A stretch of DNA of 64,000 nt. It comes from an uncultured Acidobacteriota bacterium (lineage in GTDB: Bacteria > Acidobacteriota > Thermoanaerobaculia > Multivoradales > UBA5704). Every line of letters starts with the position of its first letter. The first letter of the stretch is position 1. Under the pieces are notes generated by a model. That model saw only the letters and a program-made list of their open reading frames with translations. It searched no databases and had not been told where the DNA came from. The stretch spans positions 1,484,684 through 1,548,683 of the forward strand of contig CAWCIU010000018.1 of the NCBI GenBank assembly GCA_963795735.1. Reading direction: 5' to 3'. Both the position numbers and the translations under genes were made by a program. Positions 20,921-30,586 of this stretch are shown one piece after another.

Positions 20921-22100
20921 TGTCCGAACAGCGGATCCCCTCGCGGCTGGGCCTCGTCGCCACCTGCGTCCTCGGCCTCGAGGAGATCCTGGAGGGGGAG
21001 CTGCGCACCCTCGGGGTCGGGGACCTCGAGCGGCAGCGGGGCGCCGTCGCCTTCTCCGGCGGCTGGCGCGACGTCTGGCGGGCCAACTGGCGGCTGCGCA
21101 CGGCCAACCGGGTGCTGGTCGAGCTGGCTTCCTGGGAGGCGAGGGACGGTCCGGGGATCGCCGCCGGCGCGCGGGCCCTGGTCTCGGGACATCCCGGACA
21201 CCCCGGTCCGCGGCTATCCCGGGGGGGCTCGATGCCGCCCTTCTCTTCCATCCCGACCGCACCTTCGCCATCCAGGCCACCTCGACCGCCTCCGAGGTGC
21301 GCGATACCCGCTGGGCCGCCATGTCGCTCAAGGACGGCCTGGTGGACGGCCAGCGCGACCGCTGGGGCCGGCGCTCGGACATCGACCGGGAGGACCCGGA
21401 CCTTCCTCTGCGCCTGCGCCTGCACCGCGACCGCGCCACCCTGCTGCTCGACACCTCGGGCGAGCCGCTCGACCGCCGCGGCTACCGTGCCGTCTCGGCC
21501 GCGGCGCCGGTACGCGAGCAGCTCGCGGCGGCCTGCGTCCTCGCCTCGGGCTGGGACGGCCGCGGACCGGTGGTCGATCCCATGTGCGGCTCGGGGACCC
21601 TGCTCGTCGAGGCCGCCTGGTTCGCCCTCGGCTGGCCGCCCGGCCGCCTGCGCCGCCACTGGGCCTTCGAGCGTTTCCCCGGCTACGACCCGCGGGTCTT
21701 CACCGAGATCCTGGAAGAGCCCGTCTTCGCCCTGGGCTCCGGCGTCCAGCTCTACGGCAACGACCTCTCCGCCGAGGCGCTCGACGCGGCTCGTGCCAAC
21801 CTCGAGCAGGCGAACCTCCTCGACCGCGCCAGCCTCAACCGCGGGGAGGCCGCCGCCTTCCAGCCGCCCCCCGGGCCCGGCCTGGTAGTGGTCAACCCAC
21901 CGCACGGCGAGCGCCTGGAGACGGACGCCGAACGCTGGCGCGCCCTGGGCGACCTCCTCAAGCAGCGCTACAAGGGGTGGAAGGCGGCGGTGCTCACCGG
22001 CGAGGACCGGGGCAAGCAGATCGGCCTGCGGCCGCGCCGCCGCATCCCGGTGATGAATGGCCCGGCGGAGGGCCGGATCCTGGTATTCGATCTCTTCTGA
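20920..22100 (+). CDS. THUMP-domain RlmL-like RNA methyltransferase (frameshift in G-run ~21225)
   Basis: GLEEILEGEL, LRTANRVL, DTSGEPLDRRGYR, DPMCGSGT, NPPHGERL. Confidence 0.85.
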
Positions 22101-22220
22101 GGAAGGAAAGACAAAGAGGGGGAGGCGGAAAGGAAGGGAAGGAAAGGGAAGGCGCGCGGGCCTTCAGGCCCGGCGCGCCGGGAAGCTCTCAACGGGAAAC
22201 GGGCGTTCCGCCCGGAGGGA

Positions 22221-22781
22221 TCAGAGGCTACGCTTCTTGGCCCGCAGGCCGCGGCGGCTGCCGCCTTCCTTGCGCGGCTTGAAGTTGCCGCCACCACCGC
22301 CGCCACTGGCAAAACCGCCGCCGAAGTCGCCGCCGCCACCACCGCCGAAACCACCACCGCCGAAGCCGCCACCGCCGCCGAAGTCACCGCCGCCACCACC
22401 TCCGTAGCCACCGCCGCGGCCTCCACCACCGCCGCCGCCGGCGTAGCCACCCCGGCCGCCGCCACCACCGCCGCCGGCGTAGCCGCCACCGCCGCCGTAG
22501 CCGCCGGGCCGGGGACCGCCGCCGCCGCCGGGCACCCGCTCGCGGGCCTCGTTGACGTTCAGCGCACGGCCCTGGAAGTCATAGCCGTTGAACTGCTGGA
22601 CCGCCTTCTCGGCCTCCTCGTCCGTGCTCATCTCGACGAAGCCGAAGCCCCGGGAGCGGCCGGTCGCGCGATCCATCATCACCGTGGCCGAATCGCAGGT
22701 TCCGGCCTGGCTGAACAGCGTGCGCAGATCGTCGTCGTTGGTCTTGAAATTCAGGTTCCCTACGAAGAGCTTCTTTCCCAT
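22221..22781 (-). CDS. RRM RNA-binding protein with Gly-rich tail
   Basis: RNP2 LFVGNL, RNP1 RGFGFVEM, LNVNEAR; long GGY/RGG/GGF tail. Confidence 0.95.
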   Translation of the reverse strand: MGKKLFVGNLNFKTNDDDLRTLFSQAGTCDSATVMMDRATGRSRGFGFVEMSTDEEAEKAVQQFNGYDFQGRALNVNEARERVPGGGGGPRPGGYGGGGGYAGGGGGGGRGGYAGGGGGGGRGGGYGGGGGGDFGGGGGFGGGGFGGGGGGDFGGGFASGGGGGGNFKPRKEGGSRRGLRAKKRSL

Positions 22782-23014
22782 TCCTCTTTCCTTGTCGCTC
22801 GTGGCCTGTTGGGGGGCCGTTGTCTGTCCGCTTGTCTCAGGACTCTTAAAGATACCAGAGCGGGCAAGGGGCCGCAAACGCCGGATCGGTGACAATCCTC
22901 GAAAGCTCCGCAGCCGGACGGTTGGGGAGGGCTGATGATAGAATCCTCAGAATCCTCTTCCCGCCGGAGTCCCCACGGCCCCTGAACACCCCTGGAGACG
23001 TTCCTGGAGAATTG

Positions 23015-26000
23015 ATGCCACCCCCGCGACGCAGTCTCGTCCTCCCCGTCCTCGTCCTGCTGGCGCTCGCGGGCATGCTTCCGGCCGGCGCGGCGCGGCA
23101 TGGCAGCGCCCGGGGCGCCCGGGGCACCCGGGGGATGTCCGCGGGAACGACGGAGGCGGCCGGCCCTGGGGCCGAGCCCTGGGAGGGCGCGCCGTTCACC
23201 GCCTCTCCGGCCGCGATCGCCGCCGCCGCCGCCCAGGTCCGCGGCGAGGAGGGGGACGAGGCCGTGGTGCTGCTCCTCGACGCGAGCTACGGCTTCGACG
23301 CCGCCGGGCGCGAGACCTACACCCAACGGCTGGTCTACCGCGTGCTCACCGCCGGAGCCCAGGCGAGCTGGTCGACGATCGAGGAGAACTGGGAGCCCTG
23401 GCACCAGCAGCGGCCGCAGATCCGGGCGCGCGTCATCACCCCGGACGGCGCCGAGCACCCGCTCGATCCCGCCACCCTGACCGAGAACGCCGCGGCCGCC
23501 GACGATCCCGACATGTTCGAGGACGGCAAGGTGCTGCGCGCACCCCTGCCCGCCATCCGGCCCGGGGCGGTGGTCGAGCAGCAGGTGACCGTGCGCGACA
23601 CGGCGCCGTTCTTCGACCGCGGCGTCGTGCGCCTCCACGGGCTCGACTCCGGCGCGCTGGTGCGCCACGCCCGCGTGACGCTGGAGGCGCCGGCCGCCTT
23701 TCCCCTGCGCTGGGTGGCCCGCGGGCTGCCCGGGGTCTCCCCCCGCGAGACCGTCGCCGACGGCCGCCGGCGCCTGACCTTCGAGACGCGCGACCTCGAG
23801 CCGGCGGACGATCCCGAGCCGGGCCTCCCGGCCGAGACACCGCGCACGGCCTACGTGGCCTTCTCGACCGGCCGCTCGTGGGAGGACCTGGCGCGCCACT
23901 ATTCGGAGATCGTGGACCGGGCGATCCAGGGGTCGGACCTCTCCGCCTTCCTGCGCTCGGCCGGCGGTCCCGCCGCCTCGCAGCTGGAGACGATCGAGCG
24001 CCTCCTCGCCCAGGTGGGCGACGAGGTCCGCTACACCGGCATCGAGCTCGGCGAGGGGGGGCTGATCCCCCGCAAGCCGGCCGAAACCCTGAAGCGCCGG
24101 TTCGGCGACTGCAAGGACAAGGCGGTGCTGCTGGCCGCCCTGCTGCGCGCCTCCGACATCCCCGCCTATGTGGCCCTGCTCAACGCGGGCGAGGACGACG
24201 CCGACGTCGAGCCGTCGCTCCCCGGCTTCGGACTGTTCAACCACGCCATCGTCGTGGTGCCCGGCTCGCCGGCGATCTGGATCGATCCCACCGACCCCTA
24301 CGCGCGGGCCGGCGAGCTGCCGGTCTCCGACCAGGGACGGCTGGCACTCATCGCCAGCCCCACGGCCTCGGGGCTGGTCAAGACCCCCGAGGCGACCTCG
24401 GCCGACAACCGCGAGATCGAGACGCGCGAGTTCTTCCTCGCCGACCTCGGTCCGGCCCGGGTGGTGGCGACCAGCGAGTACCACGGCGCGGTGGAGCGCG
24501 ACCTGCGGGCCCTCTACGCCGCCCAGGACGGCCCGGCGCTGCGCCAGGCGTTCAAGACCTACGCCACCGCCGCCTACCTGGCCGCGGACCTCGCCGCGGT
24601 GGAGCACTCGCCGCCCACCGACCTCTCGGCGCCGCTGCGCCTGCGCATGGAGATCAAGGACGCCCGACGCGGCTTCACCGACGAGCGCAACGCCGCCGTG
24701 GGGCTGAACCCGGCCGCCCTGCTCGCCCACCTGCCCGACGAGATCACCGGGGGAGCCGCGAGCGGCGCCGGAAGCGCCGGAATCCCCGGAAACATCGGCA
24801 AGGAATTGGAGAAGCCCGAGCCGCGCCGCGGCGACTACGTGTTCAGCCGGCCGATGACGGTCGAGGTGCGCTACCGGCTCGTGCCCTCCCCGGGCTACGC
24901 GCCGCAGCCCCTGCCCGCCGCCCGCACGCGCCACTTCGGCCCCGCCACGCTGTCGGAGACCTACTCCGCCGGCGACCACGGGGTGGTCCTCGCCACCTTC
25001 CGGCTCGACACCGGCAAGCGGCGCATCTCTCCGGCCGAGCTCGACGCCCTGCGCGCCGGGGTGCGTTTGGCGCTCCAGGAGAAGACCACGCTGCTGATGT
25101 TCGACCAGGTCGGCGAAACCCATCTCGCCGCCGGCCGGGTGCGCGAGGCGCTGGCGGAGTTCCAGCGCGAGGAGGCGCAGTCGCCGAGGCAGGCGCTCCC
25201 CCTCTCCCGCGGCGCCCGGGCGCTGCTCGCCGGCGGCATGGGCGAGGCGGCGCGCGAGGAGGCGCGGCGCGCCCTCCGGCTCGATCCGAAGTCCGCGCCC
25301 GCCTGCCGCGCTCTCGGCTGGATCCTCGAGCACGACGAGCTCGGCCGCCGCTTCGCTCCCGGCTTCGACCGCGCCGGCGCCGTCGCCGCCTACCGCAAGG
25401 CCCGGGAGCTCGATCCCAGGGACGCGGACGCCCGCCTCGAGATCGCCGTTCTGCTCGAGCGCGACGCCCGCGGCGAGCGCTACAGCCCGGCGGCGGACCT
25501 CGCCGGCGCCATCGAGGAGTACAAGGCCCTGAAGCAGGACCTCGGCTCGGACGCCGTGGACGAGAGCCTGCTCACCGCCCTGGTGCGCGCCGGCCGCTAC
25601 CCGGAAGCCCGGGAGCTCGCGGCCCGCATGCCGGACTCGCAGGCGGGCGCGGCCCTCTCGCTGGTCGCCACCGCGGCGATCGACGGCGCCGAGGCCGCCG
25701 TGCGCGAGGGGGAGCGCCGGTTCGGCGACGACAAGGCCCGCGCCGCGGCCCTGCAGTCGGCGGCGCAGAGCCTGATGGCGGCGCGCCGCTATCCCGAGGC
25801 CGCGGCCCTGCTGGAGCGCGCCGGCCGCCAGTCCGACAACGCCGCCGCCATGCTCTCCATGGCCGACCTGCTGCGCCAAGCGCGGCGGCACGAGGAGATG
25901 GCGCTCCCGGCCGGCCAGCCCACCACGCCGGCGCGGCGGCTGATGACGCTGGCCGCCGCCGGCACGCCCGATCTCAAGCGGCTCGTCCCCCTCTTCTCGC

Positions 26001-27337
26001 GCGACCTCGAGCCCGAGATCCTCCGCTCCGGCGACCAGGCCCTGCGGCTGCTCGACGCCGGAGCCGCGCCGGCCCGCAAGCAGATGCGCTCCCTGGAGGT
26101 GCCGCTGGACGTGGCGGTCGACTTCGCCCTCGGCGCCCTGCGGGAGAGCGTCAGTGGCGACGATGCCACCGGCTACCGGATCGGCCTCTCCTTCCCGCTC
26201 GACAAGAGCGCCCACGACTTCGCCGTCTACGTGGTGCGCGACGGCGGCGAATACCGGATCGCCGGCATGAGCACCGCCCGCTCCCTGCTAGGCGGCGAGG
26301 CCCTCCGGCGCCTGCAGCGGGGGGACCTCGCCGGAGCGCGGAAGTGGCTCGACTGGGCGCTGGACGAAGCGGGTCTTTCTTCAGCAAACAGCGCCTCGAA
26401 CAACAGCGCTTCTGGGGGAAGCGACGGCGACCCGGTTCCCGAGGACCCCTTCCCGGCCCTCTGGACGCGGGCCGGGGCCCCGGCGAGCGCCGGGGACGCC
26501 CGCTGCGCCGCCGCCGCGCTGATCGCCACCGGGGGCGAAAGCGGCGCCCCGATCAACGCGATGAAGGCATTGCCTCTCCTCCGCTCCTGCCGCGAGGCCG
26601 TGAGCGATCCGGCGCGACGCCGGGCGCTCGACCTCGCCCTCGCCCTCGGCTCCGAGGCGCTCCACCGCTACGCCGGGATGGAAGAGGCCGCGCGCCGGCT
26701 GCTCGACGCCGCCCCGGGCTCCGAGCGCGCCGAGCGGCTCGACGCCCAGGCCCTCCGCGCCCTGGAGCGCTGGGAGGCGATCCACGCCCTCGCCACGCGC
26801 CGCCTCCAGCGCTCCGCCGACGATGCGTGGGCGCTCGAGCTGCTGACCGACGAGGCCCTGCACGCCCACGACCTCGCCGGGGCCGAGGCGCGGCTGCGGC
26901 AGATCGTCCAAGCCGGCAAGGCGACGGCGCACGACTACAACTCCCTCGCCTGGCTCCTGCTCCAGCGCGGCCGGGTGGACGGCGAGGCGCTCGACTTCGG
27001 CCAGCGTGCCGCGACGCTGTCCGACTACGAGCAGCCGATGTACCTCCACACCCTCGCCTCGCTCTACGCCGAGATGGGCCGCCCCGCCGAGGCCTACCGG
27101 ATCATCGTGCAATCGATGGGCGCGCGGCCGGATGAGGCCCCGCGCCCCAACGACTGGTACGTCTTCGGCCGGCTCGCCGAGCACTACGGCCTGCCGGAGG
27201 TGGCGCGCCGGTACTACAAGAGAGTGGTGCCGCCCAAGAGCCCGCTGGAGGAGCCGATGTCCACCCACGCCCTGGCCACCCGCCGGCTCGCCGCGCTGGG
27301 CGACGAGAAGAAGTCGCAGATCCGGGCGACGCTGTAG
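23015..27337 (+). CDS. Exported DUF3857 / transglutaminase-like / TPR protein
   Basis: Signal peptide; ARVITPDG, GAVVE; catalytic-type GDCKDKA and FNHAI, WIDPT; helical repeats in the C-terminal half. Confidence 0.88.
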   Translation: MPPPRRSLVLPVLVLLALAGMLPAGAARHGSARGARGTRGMSAGTTEAAGPGAEPWEGAPFTASPAAIAAAAAQVRGEEGDEAVVLLLDASYGFDAAGRETYTQRLVYRVLTAGAQASWSTIEENWEPWHQQRPQIRARVITPDGAEHPLDPATLTENAAAADDPDMFEDGKVLRAPLPAIRPGAVVEQQVTVRDTAPFFDRGVVRLHGLDSGALVRHARVTLEAPAAFPLRWVARGLPGVSPRETVADGRRRLTFETRDLEPADDPEPGLPAETPRTAYVAFSTGRSWEDLARHYSEIVDRAIQGSDLSAFLRSAGGPAASQLETIERLLAQVGDEVRYTGIELGEGGLIPRKPAETLKRRFGDCKDKAVLLAALLRASDIPAYVALLNAGEDDADVEPSLPGFGLFNHAIVVVPGSPAIWIDPTDPYARAGELPVSDQGRLALIASPTASGLVKTPEATSADNREIETREFFLADLGPARVVATSEYHGAVERDLRALYAAQDGPALRQAFKTYATAAYLAADLAAVEHSPPTDLSAPLRLRMEIKDARRGFTDERNAAVGLNPAALLAHLPDEITGGAASGAGSAGIPGNIGKELEKPEPRRGDYVFSRPMTVEVRYRLVPSPGYAPQPLPAARTRHFGPATLSETYSAGDHGVVLATFRLDTGKRRISPAELDALRAGVRLALQEKTTLLMFDQVGETHLAAGRVREALAEFQREEAQSPRQALPLSRGARALLAGGMGEAAREEARRALRLDPKSAPACRALGWILEHDELGRRFAPGFDRAGAVAAYRKARELDPRDADARLEIAVLLERDARGERYSPAADLAGAIEEYKALKQDLGSDAVDESLLTALVRAGRYPEARELAARMPDSQAGAALSLVATAAIDGAEAAVREGERRFGDDKARAAALQSAAQSLMAARRYPEAAALLERAGRQSDNAAAMLSMADLLRQARRHEEMALPAGQPTTPARRLMTLAAAGTPDLKRLVPLFSRDLEPEILRSGDQALRLLDAGAAPARKQMRSLEVPLDVAVDFALGALRESVSGDDATGYRIGLSFPLDKSAHDFAVYVVRDGGEYRIAGMSTARSLLGGEALRRLQRGDLAGARKWLDWALDEAGLSSANSASNNSASGGSDGDPVPEDPFPALWTRAGAPASAGDARCAAAALIATGGESGAPINAMKALPLLRSCREAVSDPARRRALDLALALGSEALHRYAGMEEAARRLLDAAPGSERAERLDAQALRALERWEAIHALATRRLQRSADDAWALELLTDEALHAHDLAGAEARLRQIVQAGKATAHDYNSLAWLLLQRGRVDGEALDFGQRAATLSDYEQPMYLHTLASLYAEMGRPAEAYRIIVQSMGARPDEAPRPNDWYVFGRLAEHYGLPEVARRYYKRVVPPKSPLEEPMSTHALATRRLAALGDEKKSQIRATL

Positions 27338-27360
27338 GCCCGCCCCGAATCACCGTCAAG

Positions 27361-28914
27361 TCACGCCGCCGGCAGGCGCACGACGAGCTCGCTGCCCGTG
27401 CCTTGACCGCCGCTGCGAGCCTCGACGCTCCCGCCGTGCATCCCGACCAGCCGCTTCACCAGCGTCAGCCCGATGCCCAAACCGCCCTGCGACCGTTCCA
27501 GGGAGCGGTCGACCTGCGTGAACAGATCGAAGACTTCGGAGAGCATGTGCGGCGGGATGCCGACGCCCTCGTCCTCGACGCTCACCACCACCTCGCTACC
27601 CTGGCGCTCGGCGGTCAGCCGGATGCGGCCACCCCGCTCGCTGTACTTGGCGGCGTTGTTGAGCAAGTTGGCGAAGACCTGTCCGAGCCGGGTCACGTCG
27701 GCGTCCACGAAGATTGGCTCGGGCGGCAGGCTGACCGTGAGCTGGTGGCCGCCGGCATCGATGAGGGGCCGGCTGGTCTCCACGGCGTTGGTCACCACCG
27801 CCGCCAGCTCGACCCGCTCCCTGCGGAGCTCCAGCCGGTTGCGGGTGATCCGGCTGACGTCGAGCAGGTCGTCCACCAGCCGCACCATCTGGGTCAACTG
27901 CCGCTCCATCATGGTCCGGATCTGCTCGACGGCCTTGCCGTCGTGGCCCGCCAGCTTGAGGATCTGCAAGCCGTTGCGGATCGGCGCCAGCGGGTTGCGC
28001 AGCTCGTGGGCCAGCGTCGCCAGGAACTCGTCCTTGCGGCGGTCGGCCGCGGACAGGTCCGCCGCCAGCAGGCGCAGCTCGTCCTCCAGCCGGCGGCGGT
28101 GGGTGATGTCCGTCCCGGTCGGGGCCAGGAACAGGACCCGGCCCGTCTCGTCCCTGACCGGCAGGATGATCAGGTCGACCATCCTCTCGCTGCCGTCCGC
28201 GACGAAGTAGGGCATCTCCGTCCGGAACGTCTCGCCGGCCGCCGCCTGGGCGGACGCCGCCCTGATCTTCTCCACCAGCTCCGCCGACGGGGTCCACCAG
28301 GGGCACTCCCAGAACGGCTTGCCGATGATCTGCTCACGCGTGAAACCGCACCCTTCCCAGGAGAGCCGGTTGGGCTCGAGGATGGTGCCGTCCAGGTCCA
28401 TGATGCCGGCGAACAGCGCCCCCTGCTCGAAGAACGCCCGGAACTTGGCGTTCGCCGCCGCCGCTTCCGCCAGCAGCCGCCGCTCCCGCTCCTCGCCCTG
28501 CTTCGTCTCGGTGACGTCGGTGTTCGTCCCCACCCACCGGGCCACCCGGCCCTCGTCGTCCAGGACCGGCATGACGCGGGTGAGAAACGGGCGGAACGTC
28601 CCGTCCCCGCCCTTGAGCGGGAACACCATGTCGAACGGCTGGCCGGTGGCGATCGATGCCGTCCACCGTTCCATCACCCTCGGCAACTCGTCCGGATCGT
28701 GGACGCACTGCCACCCCCACCCTTCCATCTGCTCGAAGGTGGTGCCGGTGTAGTCGTACCAGCGGCGGTTGTACCAGAAGATGTAGCCGTCCGGGTCCGC
28801 CATCCAGGCCAACTGCGGAAGCGACTCGGCCAGCGTGCGGAACTGCCGCTCCCCGCCTTCGAGCTCCCAGTCCTCTCCCCGCCGCTGGCCCTGCCGGCCG
28901 CCTGGTGATTCCAT
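27361..28914 (-). CDS. Cytoplasmic PAS-PAS histidine kinase
   Basis: WYNRRWYDYTG/VHDPD PAS, second PAS, LAHELRNPLAPI, NLLNNAAKY, GLGIGL; no receiver domain. Confidence 0.9.
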   Translation of the reverse strand: MESPGGRQGQRRGEDWELEGGERQFRTLAESLPQLAWMADPDGYIFWYNRRWYDYTGTTFEQMEGWGWQCVHDPDELPRVMERWTASIATGQPFDMVFPLKGGDGTFRPFLTRVMPVLDDEGRVARWVGTNTDVTETKQGEERERRLLAEAAAANAKFRAFFEQGALFAGIMDLDGTILEPNRLSWEGCGFTREQIIGKPFWECPWWTPSAELVEKIRAASAQAAAGETFRTEMPYFVADGSERMVDLIILPVRDETGRVLFLAPTGTDITHRRRLEDELRLLAADLSAADRRKDEFLATLAHELRNPLAPIRNGLQILKLAGHDGKAVEQIRTMMERQLTQMVRLVDDLLDVSRITRNRLELRRERVELAAVVTNAVETSRPLIDAGGHQLTVSLPPEPIFVDADVTRLGQVFANLLNNAAKYSERGGRIRLTAERQGSEVVVSVEDEGVGIPPHMLSEVFDLFTQVDRSLERSQGGLGIGLTLVKRLVGMHGGSVEARSGGQGTGSELVVRLPAA

Positions 28915-28939
28915 CTCCGAAGCTTACTCGATCTCCGGT

Positions 28940-28955
28940 TGGCCCCATCTTTGCT
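28940..28955 (+). promoter_or_regulatory. Possible sigma54 -24/-12 motif
   Basis: TGGCCCCATCTTTGCT with exact spacing, ending ~15 nt before the ATG at 28970. Confidence 0.35.
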
Positions 28956-28969
28956 TTGCCGGAAAGGCC

Positions 28970-30576
28970 ATGGTGTCCGAACTGCCAGCCCGCGGCTCCG
29001 CGCTCGCTCCTCTCCCGGCCCCCCTTCCCCCGGACGCCTCCGCCGGGGTCGGGAACGGTCCACTGGCCGTCCCCGCGGGCTGGACGGCCACGGTGAGCCG
29101 GCTGCTCACCGCTCTCTTCGTGATCGTGACGCTCGAGGCGCTCTACACCGTCCCCAAGCTCACCTGGGACCTGGCGGTCGGCAGCCGCCCCGGGCTCGGC
29201 ATCGCGCTGGGGCTCGCCACCGCCGCCATCGCCGCGGTCCTGCTCTGGAGGGGCCGGCTGCGCCTGGCGGCCGGGTTCCAGGCGGCCGGCGCGCGGCTCG
29301 CCGCCATTCCCCGCCGGCGCTGGCTCGTCCTGGTGATCGGCGGGGGGGCCGTCCTGCGGCTCGCCTGGGCGCTCCTCTTCCCCGCTCCGCTCACCTCGGA
29401 CGGCCTCGCCTACTACAACCTCGCGGCGCGGATGGCGCACGGCCACAGCTTCCAGACCCCCTACGGGGAGTGGGCCGAATGGCCGCCCGGCTACCCCTTC
29501 CTCCTGCTCGCCTGCTTCCGGCTGCTCGGCGTGGGGTCCTGGGCGGTCGACTTCGTCAACCTCCTGCTGTTCGCCGGCTCGATCCTCGCCGTCTACGCAC
29601 TCGCCCGGCGCTTCGGCGAGGCGACGGCCCGGCTGGCGACCCTGCTGCTCGCCCTGTGGCCGAACCTGATCGCCTCGGCGGGCATCGCGACCAAGGAGAT
29701 GGTCATCATCTTCCTCCTGCCCGTCCTGCTGCTCCTCTACCTGCGGGCCGGCGACGGGCCTTCGCGCGCCTGGAGCGCCCGGGCGGTGGCGATGCGGCTG
29801 GCGGCGGGCGTGGTGTTCGGCTACGCCACCCTCACGCAGCCGGCGGTGATGCTGCTCGCCGGGGTCTTCGCCATCTACGAGCTGCTCCTGCGCACCCCGC
29901 TGCCGCGGGCCGCGGCGAGGCTGGCGCTGCTCGCCGCCGGGATGCTCCTCGTCATCCTCCCCTGGACGGTGCGGAACTACCGGGTGCTCCACACGCCGGT
30001 GCTGGTGTCGACCAACGGCGGCGACGTCTTCTACCGGGCGAACAACCCGAAGGCGACGGGCGGATGGATCAAGGACGGCGAGCGCTCGTTGCGGGGTTAC
30101 GACGAGCTGACGAAGAGCCGGCTCGGCTATCAGTGGGGCAAGGAGTGGATCCGCGAGCACCCGGGCCAGTTCCTCGAAGCCTCTCCCTCGACAAGCAGGT
30201 CCTCTTCCTGGGGGACGACGCGGTGGGGGCCTTCGAGACGCTGAAACGCGGCCTCGGCATCGGCGGCGGCCTCTACGCCCTGGCGAAGCTGGGCTCCAAC
30301 GCCTACTGGTGGGGGATCTGGGCCCTGGTGCTCGCCGCCCTCTTCGTCCGCGCGGGCACCCCCTGGCCGCGGCGGGCCGAGGTGACGCTCTTCCTCCTCG
30401 TCATCCTCTACTTCTGGACGATCGACAGCATCTTCGAGAGCGGCGCCCGCCACCACCTGCCGCTCGTCGGGCTGCTGGCCATCCTGGCGGCGTCGATTAC
30501 GGAGTCGACTGCGGAGGCCTGGCCGCTGGCACCGCTGGGGCGCGCCGCCGGCCAGGCTCCCCGCCTCTCCCGCTGA
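28970..30576 (+). CDS. ArnT/PMT-like (GT-C) membrane glycosyltransferase (frameshift ~30180)
   Basis: Many TM helices; SDGLAYY, PPGYP, PWTVRNY, STNGG; second frame ends with ARHHLP. Confidence 0.78.
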
Positions 30577-30586
30577 GTCCGCCGCA

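Noticed and set aside
22240-22540. ccgccg/ccacca repeats as a separate DNA repeat element
   Set aside because: They are the Gly codons of the RRM protein tail
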